The notes under the pieces are model-generated. The model saw only the letters and a list, made by a program, of their open reading frames with translations. It did no database searches and was not told the origin of the DNA. 64,000 nucleotides of DNA, taken from NCBI GenBank assembly GCA_965657355.1, contig CBFHOE010000003.1, forward strand, positions 341,520 through 405,519. The letters are read 5' to 3'. Source of the stretch: Limisphaerales bacterium (GTDB taxonomy: Bacteria > Verrucomicrobiota > Verrucomicrobiia > Limisphaerales > JAJOIW01). Position 1 is the first letter of the stretch. Each line of letters opens with the position of its first letter. Positions 19,519-28,435 of the stretch are shown here, piece after piece. The position numbers and the translations under genes are program-made.

Positions 19519-22500
19519 ATGATATACAGCAAATGTTCCTCGTGTTTTTCTGCATTCAAAATTCAAGAATACAGAAACATCTTTTTTACCATATTCTCCG
19601 CCGCCTCCTGCCATAAATATTGGCGAGTATTTTTGTTTTTGTTTTTGTTCCAGGCATTACCCGAACGCCTTGTCGGTCAGGATATCTCAATCGATCTCGA
19701 TGGTCTTAATATCGATGAAGTGAGCGAGGGACACAAATCTCCCTATGTTGTTGAGTTTTTGTTCTCCCTAAAAAATAGCAATGGCAAAGCCATAATTGTC
19801 CCTACCGAGCAGATAAGATTGAGCCCATTTGAAAACGAAAGACCGCTAAACAGCCAGGAGAGTGGGGCAATCATCTTACCAGCGTATAATAAGCTCCTCG
19901 ACACCGTTGTCATTTCTGATTTTTCGGCCAGCATGACTTCACTTGGTTCTAATGCTGATGATGATCAGAATGGAATCTCAGATTCATTAGAATCCATGGA
20001 AGCAACCGTCTCCAGCTTTTTCCAATTGATGACTGAGGATGTGAAATCTTCTTTGGTTGAATTCCACAATGGACTCACTCCTCCAACTATTGTTTCTGAA
20101 ATGACTGATAGTCCTTCTATTCTTATCAACGGTCTAAACGGAATTAAAGATACGGTATTTAATGATTTTTCTGGTTCAACACGATTTTGGGATGCTCTAG
20201 ATACCGGCCTATCAGCTATGGATGCGGGAAGTTCAGGTACGGACGAAAAATATTTATTTCTTTTCTCTGACGGGGCTGATGAATCGAGTCTTATAAGTCC
20301 TTTGCAGGTTATTTCAAGAGCGGTCGATAATGGAGTCAAAGTCTTCACCACTCTCTACAATACTGGAGAACCTTTATCTGGTGACCATGCTCCGTTGGAA
20401 TTTCACGTCGATTCAACAAGCGCGAATATCCTCCCTGTCATCAAGGACTCGAATGACGAGATTTATAAATCAGGTGAGGCTAGACTCGTCATTACTAAAG
20501 ATGCTTTAGCTGCAATCCCGACTGGAGATCAATTTTCTTTTTTCGGTGAAACAGGCGGGCAGGTCTATATCCTCGACCCAGGAGAGGAACCGACCGAGCC
20601 AATTGTCAATTTTACTGTCTCAGAGGCTGGAACCGAAAATTTACAAGGTGGAGTCGTGGTCACTGAACTCGTTGATTTTTCTGGTCCTGGTGATTTTTGG
20701 TTATACGCAAACGGGGATAACGAAGATGCGTTTGTTTATATGAATACACTCGATGGACTGACCGAATCGGATGCTATTCAATTTGCGCCAGACCATACCC
20801 TTGAGCCATTTTGGGTCTTTTCCCAAAGCGGTCAGTACGAACTTGTATTCAATGTGTTTTCCTTCATTCCTGATGGAACACGAGTTGAAACAAAATACAA
20901 ACTTCTCGTCACGGTTGACGAGGATGTAGAACTATTAGATTCAGGCGCATTTAGCGCCAAGTTTACGTTTGACGGCACAGCCTGGAACCAGGCTCTTATA
21001 CATGATGGTCAGGAAATAGATCCCAATGAAAACATTGTTTACGTTGGTCCGGAGGCTCAAAGAATAATTGCGGATCCGTCAGAGTATCCATTTTATTCGG
21101 GAGAATCTCTCTTCGTCATAGATGGGAATGCTGTCTCACTTGGAGTGGATCTAAATGAAATCTCTCAAGGTTTTCTTTTGGATGAAAATGTGACCATCAA
21201 CCTTGTTGACTATTCGGGAGATGGTGAAATGTATGCTTGGGACTCTGATCCAAACAATTTGACTTTTGATACAAGTAATGGTCTCACATCCGTGACCCTT
21301 TTGGGTGGTAGTGTCTACCCACTGCAATGGGCATTCACTGAGCCAGGAGAGTATTCTTTTGGTTTCCAAGCTGTGTCCCAGACCATTGAACCAGATGAAC
21401 CCACAGAGGGAGGAACTATCAACGTTACGGTTAGAGTCGACCAGGACTTGAACGTTTTATTGGCTTCGGCCACTGGAGGTGAAATTTTTACCTCCAAAAC
21501 TTCCGACCAAATGCTAAATCGAGTTGAAGACATCATTTATAATCTTCAGGGGAGATACTTAGCGCGATGGTCCACTCTTAAAAGGGGTGAATCTCCTTTC
21601 GTTCCCTCGTTTAGACTTCAACTTCAAGGTCAGAAGGCATCCTATGAAGCTCCACCCGTTGTTCCATCATTACTCGATGGATCTATTCTAGAGGCAAACA
21701 TATTGTGGTCCGACGGTGTTAGTCCGGAAGGCGGCACATCGCTTACCATGAAGCTCGATTATGTTCCCCGTAATTTCCAAGGTATTCGTTTTACATATGC
21801 ATCAACGCATGATTTCGATCTGATACCAATTCCACTTGATCAGGGGGGACTACTACCAAACGATTGGGAAATAATTCACACGCATGAAAATGGAGTTGGC
21901 GCCGTCGAGGTGAAGGGTCCAATCATCAACGGGCGTCCATCCGTTTTGCCATTCTCATCAGCTGGTAAATTATTTCAATTACAGTTCTCCGAACTATTAT
22001 CTCTGGGATCTATCTTCTATGAATTTAATGTGACTCCGGTCAACCCAGCTAATTCTTTAAATTTTGAGAGCCAGCTGGATTTTCTAACTCCACGAACAGA
22101 GCTTATTTATGACACACCTGTAGATTGGCTCAACTTGTATGGTATCTCTGGGGATATTCCTGCACTTGTCATCGCCGAAAGGGGAGATCAAGACAATGAT
22201 GGCGTGCCCACTTGGCTGGAATATCGACTTGGGACTAATCCCACAGATGAAAATAGTGTGTTTAAATTTTTTGGTGTTTCTGATTCGGAAGGGCAGCCAA
22301 CGCTTTCATTCACAACGGAAAAGTTCATTCAATACCAAATTGAGTCTTCGACAGACCTCATCTCATGGGAATTAACGCAAACCATTGATGGGGTGGGTGG
22401 TATTTACAATTTTGTTGATACTTTGCCTGAAGGGGAAGACCACCGGTTTTACCGTATTTCAGTCGTTAGACCTGGATCTATTAGCCTTGATATTGAAGCT

Positions 22501-23334
22501 GAGTATGGCACCCCTGAAAATTCGGATTCATGGCTTTCCATCAAAAATTACCAGGGTAATTACGTAACAGTCGGCGTCGATGGAAAAATTGCTTTCAAGG
22601 CGGCTGACCAAGAAGAATGGCAATTTGTTCAATCTCCAACAACTAAGGCGCTATGGGATGTTGATTTCTTCAATGACCAATGGTTTGCCGTTGGAAACGC
22701 CGGAGTCGTTCTTCAAAGTTCCGATGGAATAACTTGGAAGCGGGCGGAAACACCTGACGTTCCTTTCTTGTGGAGCATTGCCAACAATGGGGAGCGCATT
22801 GTGGCTGTTGGTTATCGCGGTGGAGTAATTTCAAGCGACGATGGCGTTTCATGGATTGAGACTAATGTTTCAACACCCGATTTTTTAAGAAAAGTTATTT
22901 GGGACGGGAAAAGATTTATAGCCACTGGCGCGCAAGGTGTTTTGCTTTCCAGTGCAGATGGGCGTCGCTGGACCAGTATTAATACGCAGGTTTCTAATGC
23001 GCTTTATGACGTTGCCTACTCTGGCTCTAAATATGTTGTGACTGGAAGTGAAGGAACGATTCTTGTTGGTGAAAGTATCAACAATCTTTCAAAATCTTCC
23101 GCTGCCACTTCCACAGATCTTTACGCCGTATCCTGGTTAGGGGGTCGATTTGTCATAGGTGGTGAAAATGGGGTGCTTCTCCACTCTCAACTTGCTGCAG
23201 AGTGGGACGTCCAATTACCTGTCGAAGGAGTTTCCTCACCCATCTGGGCCTTTTCTCCCAATCAAGAGCAAACTTTTATCAAAGCGGTTGGATCAAACGG
23301 GTCCATACAAAATATCAGGTTTATACTTGAGTAG
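19519..23334 (+). CDS. Large secreted multidomain protein: vWA (MIDAS) with two inserted TIGR03769-like repeats, a Ca-binding DxDxDG motif, an SxDLxxW-FYR module and a C-terminal BNR/YCF48-like beta-propeller
   Basis: DFSAS, TRFWDAL and FSDGAD (vWA); WVFSQSGQY and WAFTEPGEY repeats; DQDNDGVPTWLEYRLGTNP; repeated SSDGITW/SSDDGVSW/SSADGRRW. The true start codon is uncertain. Confidence 0.75.
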   Translation: MIYSKCSSCFSAFKIQEYRNIFFTIFSAASCHKYWRVFLFLFLFQALPERLVGQDISIDLDGLNIDEVSEGHKSPYVVEFLFSLKNSNGKAIIVPTEQIRLSPFENERPLNSQESGAIILPAYNKLLDTVVISDFSASMTSLGSNADDDQNGISDSLESMEATVSSFFQLMTEDVKSSLVEFHNGLTPPTIVSEMTDSPSILINGLNGIKDTVFNDFSGSTRFWDALDTGLSAMDAGSSGTDEKYLFLFSDGADESSLISPLQVISRAVDNGVKVFTTLYNTGEPLSGDHAPLEFHVDSTSANILPVIKDSNDEIYKSGEARLVITKDALAAIPTGDQFSFFGETGGQVYILDPGEEPTEPIVNFTVSEAGTENLQGGVVVTELVDFSGPGDFWLYANGDNEDAFVYMNTLDGLTESDAIQFAPDHTLEPFWVFSQSGQYELVFNVFSFIPDGTRVETKYKLLVTVDEDVELLDSGAFSAKFTFDGTAWNQALIHDGQEIDPNENIVYVGPEAQRIIADPSEYPFYSGESLFVIDGNAVSLGVDLNEISQGFLLDENVTINLVDYSGDGEMYAWDSDPNNLTFDTSNGLTSVTLLGGSVYPLQWAFTEPGEYSFGFQAVSQTIEPDEPTEGGTINVTVRVDQDLNVLLASATGGEIFTSKTSDQMLNRVEDIIYNLQGRYLARWSTLKRGESPFVPSFRLQLQGQKASYEAPPVVPSLLDGSILEANILWSDGVSPEGGTSLTMKLDYVPRNFQGIRFTYASTHDFDLIPIPLDQGGLLPNDWEIIHTHENGVGAVEVKGPIINGRPSVLPFSSAGKLFQLQFSELLSLGSIFYEFNVTPVNPANSLNFESQLDFLTPRTELIYDTPVDWLNLYGISGDIPALVIAERGDQDNDGVPTWLEYRLGTNPTDENSVFKFFGVSDSEGQPTLSFTTEKFIQYQIESSTDLISWELTQTIDGVGGIYNFVDTLPEGEDHRFYRISVVRPGSISLDIEAEYGTPENSDSWLSIKNYQGNYVTVGVDGKIAFKAADQEEWQFVQSPTTKALWDVDFFNDQWFAVGNAGVVLQSSDGITWKRAETPDVPFLWSIANNGERIVAVGYRGGVISSDDGVSWIETNVSTPDFLRKVIWDGKRFIATGAQGVLLSSADGRRWTSINTQVSNALYDVAYSGSKYVVTGSEGTILVGESINNLSKSSAATSTDLYAVSWLGGRFVIGGENGVLLHSQLAAEWDVQLPVEGVSSPIWAFSPNQEQTFIKAVGSNGSIQNIRFILE

Positions 23335-23378
23335 GCACTCCAATCGGATAGGGACTTTTTCTTATTAAAATAATATAA

Positions 23379-23409
23379 AAGGGCGGCTTGAGATATTCAG
23401 GCCGCCCTT
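23379..23409. terminator. Probable bidirectional intrinsic terminator
   Basis: Hairpin AAGGGCGGCTTGA-gatat-TCAGGCCGCCCTT between convergent genes, with an A-run on the left. Confidence 0.8.
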
Positions 23410-23435
23410 CGCTTTAAAAGAATAATACGTTTAAT

Positions 23436-24092
23436 TCATTTGGTCTTTTTAGTGACCCAATCGAATTTAACAACGACCTCATCGCCGGTTTTAATTAACC
23501 CAAGTGCCACTTTCGGTGCTGGAGGTTTCATGGCAAAATCAGTCATCTTAACCTTGGTTTCTCCGGAGATTTTCAATTTGTCTCCCTTTTGGGATTCAAT
23601 CTTTACCGGAAATTTTACCAGCTTAGAGACCCCGGCAACTTTCAACGTACCGACCGAATCAAATAATAAGGGCGTTCCATTTTTCCTGGGTTTCTTGGAC
23701 GGCTTGAGTGATAGCAGTTTGTATTGTGCTTCAGGATGCTTGTCGCGCCTCATTGTAGCATGCATCACTTCATCCATTCTCTTTTTGCCGCTCAAAATCA
23801 TTCTTACCGGAATACTTATATCAACTTTTGGTTGAACTTTTATATCTTCAGGAAGCTGAGTATTCATATCGAGCGGGAAATTCGCATCGAATTCGATTGT
23901 TCCTTTGATGATCTTTGCCGTAACCGTCCAATCATGGACGGTGGAGGTTCCATCAATGGATAATTTACTCCCGAAAACACCCTTATATTTCACACCGGGT
24001 TTTTGGTTGCCCTTTTCTTGAGCTTGGCTCCCAATGAAAGATCCAATGGCTAGTAGCATGGCTACTGAATATAATTTGATACGTCTCATCAT
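23436..24092 (-). CDS. YceI family lipid/polyisoprenoid-binding protein, secreted
   Basis: Signal peptide; GTSTVHDW, MDEVMH, GTLKVAGV, KMTDFAMKPP and GDEVVVKF motifs. Confidence 0.88.
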   Translation of the reverse strand: MMRRIKLYSVAMLLAIGSFIGSQAQEKGNQKPGVKYKGVFGSKLSIDGTSTVHDWTVTAKIIKGTIEFDANFPLDMNTQLPEDIKVQPKVDISIPVRMILSGKKRMDEVMHATMRRDKHPEAQYKLLSLKPSKKPRKNGTPLLFDSVGTLKVAGVSKLVKFPVKIESQKGDKLKISGETKVKMTDFAMKPPAPKVALGLIKTGDEVVVKFDWVTKKTK

Positions 24093-24133
24093 AATAAATT
24101 CTAATAAGTTAAAGTTACAATGGCAGTTTAAAT

Positions 24134-25504
24134 TCAGACAGACAGCGACTCAGGTGTGATTTCGATTTTCTTTCTTTGTTGTATGGCCTGATTTGCTTGA
24201 ATCGCAATACTAGTTGCACGATGTCCTTCTTCTGGTCCTGCGGCTGGTAATTGGCTGCCAGAGGAAATATCGGATAAATATTCTGCTAACGATTCGGGAT
24301 CGGGTTCACCAAATGCATCTATAAAGTCCTCTACAGCAGATTTCCTCAGATAGGCATTGGTAAGAAATGTTTCTAACGCGTAATAAAGAGCTGTTTGTTC
24401 ATTTGAGCTGCTTGTAGCGTCTTGGTCCTGTGTCGTCAACTTGGTTGCATTAGCGGCCAGATAAATGCCCGTCTCTTTGTAAAAAACATCCTTCCTGGCA
24501 TAAACTTCCCAGCCGAGCAGGGGCGCATCCGTTTCCTTGAACATCCATGATTTATCATCTCTGAACATTATGGCGCAGTCTGTCCCGTAATACATATCGT
24601 AGGTTGCATCGAACGAGTTTCCAATAGTCCCTGAGAAGTCGTAAGTTTTTCCGTCTGAAAATTCAAATATCGCCTTGAATGTATCTTCTACATCGCGACC
24701 ATCCTTCCATTGGTGTATTCCCCCAAAGCCGGTGACAGATACCGGCTCTTTGTCGAGAAACCAAAGGGCATTATCAATTTGATGAATTCCCAATTCTGAA
24801 ATTAAGCCGGCAGAGTGCTGCTTTTGTATGGGCCAGTTTAGTTCATTCTCACGTGCTCCATTTGGAGAAACCCGGCGCATGCTGGTTTTCTTGTGCCACT
24901 GAGATCGAGAAGTTACTGGATTACCCAAGGCCCCGGACCGGATGAAATCAACCAAGAACCACCTTTGTGGCTCTGATCGAAGTTGGAGTCCTGTTTGGAA
25001 GTAAATCTGGTTGTTTTTCTTTGCAGCCCGACAAATTTCTTTCGATTCTTCGACTGTATTGGAAATGGGGGCTTCCAGATAAATATGTTTATTCGCTTTA
25101 ATCGCGGCAAGAGTGATTTGTTTATGCTGATGAGTTGGTGTGGCTATAATCACTGCATCCACTTTATCGTCTTTGAGCAGATCTTGATGGTTATCATACT
25201 TTGCAGCCTTGGGTGCCAACCTTCCAGCTCGTCTCAACCAAGCCGGGTATTTTTCGCAAATAGCCGTAATTTTGGCATTTTTAAGTCTATTTAGGTTGGC
25301 AATAATCGCTCTCCCCTGAACCCCGCATCCAATAACCCCTATGTTCACCGGGTTATCAATATCCAGACTTGAGGTATCATAATCCTCTTGAGCCAAAACC
25401 TTTCCAGAACCCATTACTAATGCCATGGAGGCCATTGACGTTCCGCGGATAAAATCTCTTCTGTTTAGATGCTGCTGAAGTTTTTCAATAATTTCCTGTT
25501 TCAT
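24134..25504 (-). CDS. Tat-exported Gfo/Idh/MocA family oxidoreductase
   Basis: NRRDFIRG twin-arginine signal, IGVIGCGVQG, ATPTHQH, YLEAP (variant of EKP) and ELGIHQID. Confidence 0.9.
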   Translation of the reverse strand: MKQEIIEKLQQHLNRRDFIRGTSMASMALVMGSGKVLAQEDYDTSSLDIDNPVNIGVIGCGVQGRAIIANLNRLKNAKITAICEKYPAWLRRAGRLAPKAAKYDNHQDLLKDDKVDAVIIATPTHQHKQITLAAIKANKHIYLEAPISNTVEESKEICRAAKKNNQIYFQTGLQLRSEPQRWFLVDFIRSGALGNPVTSRSQWHKKTSMRRVSPNGARENELNWPIQKQHSAGLISELGIHQIDNALWFLDKEPVSVTGFGGIHQWKDGRDVEDTFKAIFEFSDGKTYDFSGTIGNSFDATYDMYYGTDCAIMFRDDKSWMFKETDAPLLGWEVYARKDVFYKETGIYLAANATKLTTQDQDATSSSNEQTALYYALETFLTNAYLRKSAVEDFIDAFGEPDPESLAEYLSDISSGSQLPAAGPEEGHRATSIAIQANQAIQQRKKIEITPESLSV

Positions 25505-25634
25505 GGATCTAGTCTTCCATCATATAACTCAATTAATAAAAGGCAATCACATCTCATAAAGTCTCTTTCACCCTATGACTTTTAATCAGACGTTTATTTA
25601 AGAGATAACATTCAGATCATTTTCAACTTAATGC

Positions 25635-25663
25635 TTGCTTCATTAATTTAGTAGTGCCATTTT
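25635..25663 (+). promoter_or_regulatory. Putative sigma70 promoter of the kinase/activator operon
   Basis: TTGCTT-N17-CATTTT with an extended TG, 45 bp before the ATG. The tRNA promoter has the same AGTGCCATTTT element. Confidence 0.45.
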
Positions 25664-25708
25664 GACTCTACAAGCGGCTTTGTTTTTTTTATGACTCAAT
25701 GAAAGCCA

Positions 25709-26965
25709 ATGAGCAACAAGGGTAACATAAGTTTTATTTCAAAGGTTTTGGGTAACTTGGACCGTTTGGACAGGAACGGTATTGAGACTTTTGTAAAGAA
25801 ATTGGCTCGCGAAAGAAGTCTGCTAGACACCCTTTTTCACGTTATCGAGGATGGTGTTTTAGTTTTAGATGCTGAGGGGAAAGCAATTTATTTAAATGAC
25901 GCCATCTCGAGAATATTAGGCGTTCCCGGGGAGTCCATTGAAGGGCAGCATCTCACTGAGTTTTTATCGGAAGCTGATTGGGAACGGCTTTCTAACATGG
26001 ATAAATCCGGCGATAATCCAGTTCTGAGGGTCGAGTTTGAAATCAAATTTCCCAGACCACGGTTTTTGCGAATGTATGCCGCTCCGCTTGATAATGACCC
26101 TGGTGAGGATACGGGATTAGCTTTGGTTCTCCAGGACGTCACAGAGGATAGGCAAAAGACTTTTGAAGCGATAGAAAGTGAGCGTATTCAGGCGCTGACT
26201 TTACTTGCTGGCAGCGTTGCCCATGAGTTGGGCAATCCGCTCAATGCTCTTTATTTACATCTACAACTTATTGAGAGGGATTTGGCAAAATTACATAAGT
26301 CGGTAGATCAAATTCTGGCTGGTAGCCACAAGCCAATCGAAGAGTATAATTTCGGGAAAAGGGATCCCAAACTTCTCGCCGGTAAATTGGAGAATTACAT
26401 CAAAGTAGCCACCGGAGAAGTCACGAGGTTGGACTATATTGTGACACAGTTTTTGCAAACGATTCGATCCGGGGCCCCCAAGCTACAGATGGCTAGCCTC
26501 AATGATGTTGTCGATGCAACCATTGAACTCCTAGGACCTGAGATTGATAACAGAGGCCAGGAAATCATATTGAAATTGGACCCGGGCCTGCAGGAAAGCG
26601 AATTTGATCCGGCTCAAATCCAGCAGATTCTGATCAACCTCATAAAAAATGCCATGCATTCGATGAGTACAGGTGGGATTTTGACAATCTCTACCGGAAC
26701 CCGCGAACAAGGGGTCTGGATCTCTGTGTCTGATACAGGGCACGGTATCCCGCAGGATAAAATTAATCGTATTTTTGAACCTTATTTTTCCACTCGTGAG
26801 AAAGGAACAGGCTTGGGGCTTATGCTCGTTAATAGAATTATTCAGGACCACTCCGGTAGGATTGAAATAGAAAGCCCGCCCGGAAAAGGGGCCACTTTTA
26901 GAATTTGGCTGCCGATGAACGACCCGAGCCCCAGGCTCCTTAATAATCCGAGTGAGTCCTTGTAA
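25709..26965 (+). CDS. Cytoplasmic PAS-domain sensor histidine kinase (NtrB-like)
   Basis: PAS (DGVLVLDAEGKAIYLNDA), H-box AHELGNPL, N-box NLIKNA, DTGHGI and GTGLGL. No TM helix. Confidence 0.93.
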   Translation: MSNKGNISFISKVLGNLDRLDRNGIETFVKKLARERSLLDTLFHVIEDGVLVLDAEGKAIYLNDAISRILGVPGESIEGQHLTEFLSEADWERLSNMDKSGDNPVLRVEFEIKFPRPRFLRMYAAPLDNDPGEDTGLALVLQDVTEDRQKTFEAIESERIQALTLLAGSVAHELGNPLNALYLHLQLIERDLAKLHKSVDQILAGSHKPIEEYNFGKRDPKLLAGKLENYIKVATGEVTRLDYIVTQFLQTIRSGAPKLQMASLNDVVDATIELLGPEIDNRGQEIILKLDPGLQESEFDPAQIQQILINLIKNAMHSMSTGGILTISTGTREQGVWISVSDTGHGIPQDKINRIFEPYFSTREKGTGLGLMLVNRIIQDHSGRIEIESPPGKGATFRIWLPMNDPSPRLLNNPSESL

Positions 26966-26970
26966 ATTAA

Positions 26971-28410
26971 TTGAATAAAACAAAGACCTTTCAGACTAAC
27001 ATGGATTCATTGCCCTTACTTTTAATCGTTGATGATGAAAAACCTACACGCGAAGGCTTACGAGCTGCCTTGGAAGATGACTACGATATCTATGCTGTAG
27101 AAGATGCTGAATCCGCATATCGGCTTCTCGAGGAAAATAAATTTCAGGTTTTGCTTTCAGACTTCAGACTGCCCAAAGAAGATGGCATTCATCTCATAAA
27201 AAGGGCCAAATCCTTACCCGTGCCTCCCGTGTGCCTTCTCATGACGGCATATGGGTCGGAGGAAGTAGCAGCTGAGGCTATCCGGGAAGGTGCCGACGAC
27301 TATATGTCCAAAGGCAAGCTTCAAATTGATTTACTCAGAAACCGGATAAACAAGCTTCTCAAATCGAATCGACTGCAAGAAGAGAACAGCCAACTCAAAA
27401 AACAGTTGGATAAAAAGTTTGGTATCAAAAATATCATTGGTGAGTCCTCCGCAATGAAGGAAATTTTTGAAGTTATTCAGCAAGTGGCACCAACACGGGC
27501 CACCGTTCTCATCCAAGGCCAAAACGGGACAGGCAAAGAAATGATTGCGAAAGCTGTTCATAACAACAGCCCCAGATCCTCAAACCCGCTTATCACAGTG
27601 CATTGCGCGGCACTCACCGCCAATCTTTTGGAAAGTGAACTTTTTGGGCACGAAAAAGGCGCTTTCACAGGTGCTCATGAAAGAAGGATTGGGCGATTCG
27701 AAGAAGCTCATGGTGGGACTCTTTTTCTCGATGAAATAGGTGAGATAGATCACGTCACACAAGTGAAATTGCTAAGGTTTTTGGGCGAGAGAACTTTCGA
27801 AAGAGTCGGCTCAAATAAAACTATCAAGGTGGATGTCAGGCTCATTGCAGCGACAAATAAAAACCTGATTGATATGGTGAGGAATGGAAGTTTTCGTGAA
27901 GATTTGTATTTCCGATTACGTGTGGTTGAGATATTGATGCCAAATTTATACGACAGGCTTGAAGATGTTCCCCTTTTGGCGGATGCCTTTCTCAAGGAAT
28001 TTTCCAAAGAAAATGGTAAAAATATCAAAGGGTTTTCAAACGAAGCCATGGATGCATTACTTTCTCACAGCTGGCCAGGAAACGTCCGAGAGCTGAGATT
28101 CGCAGTGGAGCGAGCCGTCATCATGACACGAGGATATGAGATCGCTTTGAGAGATTTGCCTGGAGAAATTTGTCAATCATCAACTGGACAATCTGTCTCT
28201 GATCGAGCAACCTTAGGGAGTGATCAATTGAAGCCATCGGGAGTGATCGATTCCAACGCCACCCAGACCGTTCAAGACGCTGAAAGACAGCTTATCATCC
28301 GTGCTTTGCAAGAATCGGGTGGAAATAGGACGGTCGCTGCTCAGAAAATTGGAATGAGCCGTCGAACTCTCCATCGAAAACTCCATAAATATAACCTGGA
28401 AGGTTTCTAA
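26971..28410 (+). CDS. Sigma54-dependent response regulator (NtrC/AtoC family)
   Basis: Receiver domain (IVDDE...SDFRLP), GTGKE, ESELFGHEKGAFTGA, WPGNVREL and a Fis-type HTH. The likely start is the ATG at 27001. Confidence 0.95.
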   Translation: MNKTKTFQTNMDSLPLLLIVDDEKPTREGLRAALEDDYDIYAVEDAESAYRLLEENKFQVLLSDFRLPKEDGIHLIKRAKSLPVPPVCLLMTAYGSEEVAAEAIREGADDYMSKGKLQIDLLRNRINKLLKSNRLQEENSQLKKQLDKKFGIKNIIGESSAMKEIFEVIQQVAPTRATVLIQGQNGTGKEMIAKAVHNNSPRSSNPLITVHCAALTANLLESELFGHEKGAFTGAHERRIGRFEEAHGGTLFLDEIGEIDHVTQVKLLRFLGERTFERVGSNKTIKVDVRLIAATNKNLIDMVRNGSFREDLYFRLRVVEILMPNLYDRLEDVPLLADAFLKEFSKENGKNIKGFSNEAMDALLSHSWPGNVRELRFAVERAVIMTRGYEIALRDLPGEICQSSTGQSVSDRATLGSDQLKPSGVIDSNATQTVQDAERQLIIRALQESGGNRTVAAQKIGMSRRTLHRKLHKYNLEGF

Positions 28411-28435
28411 AAAGTCAATTTCCACAAATTAATAT

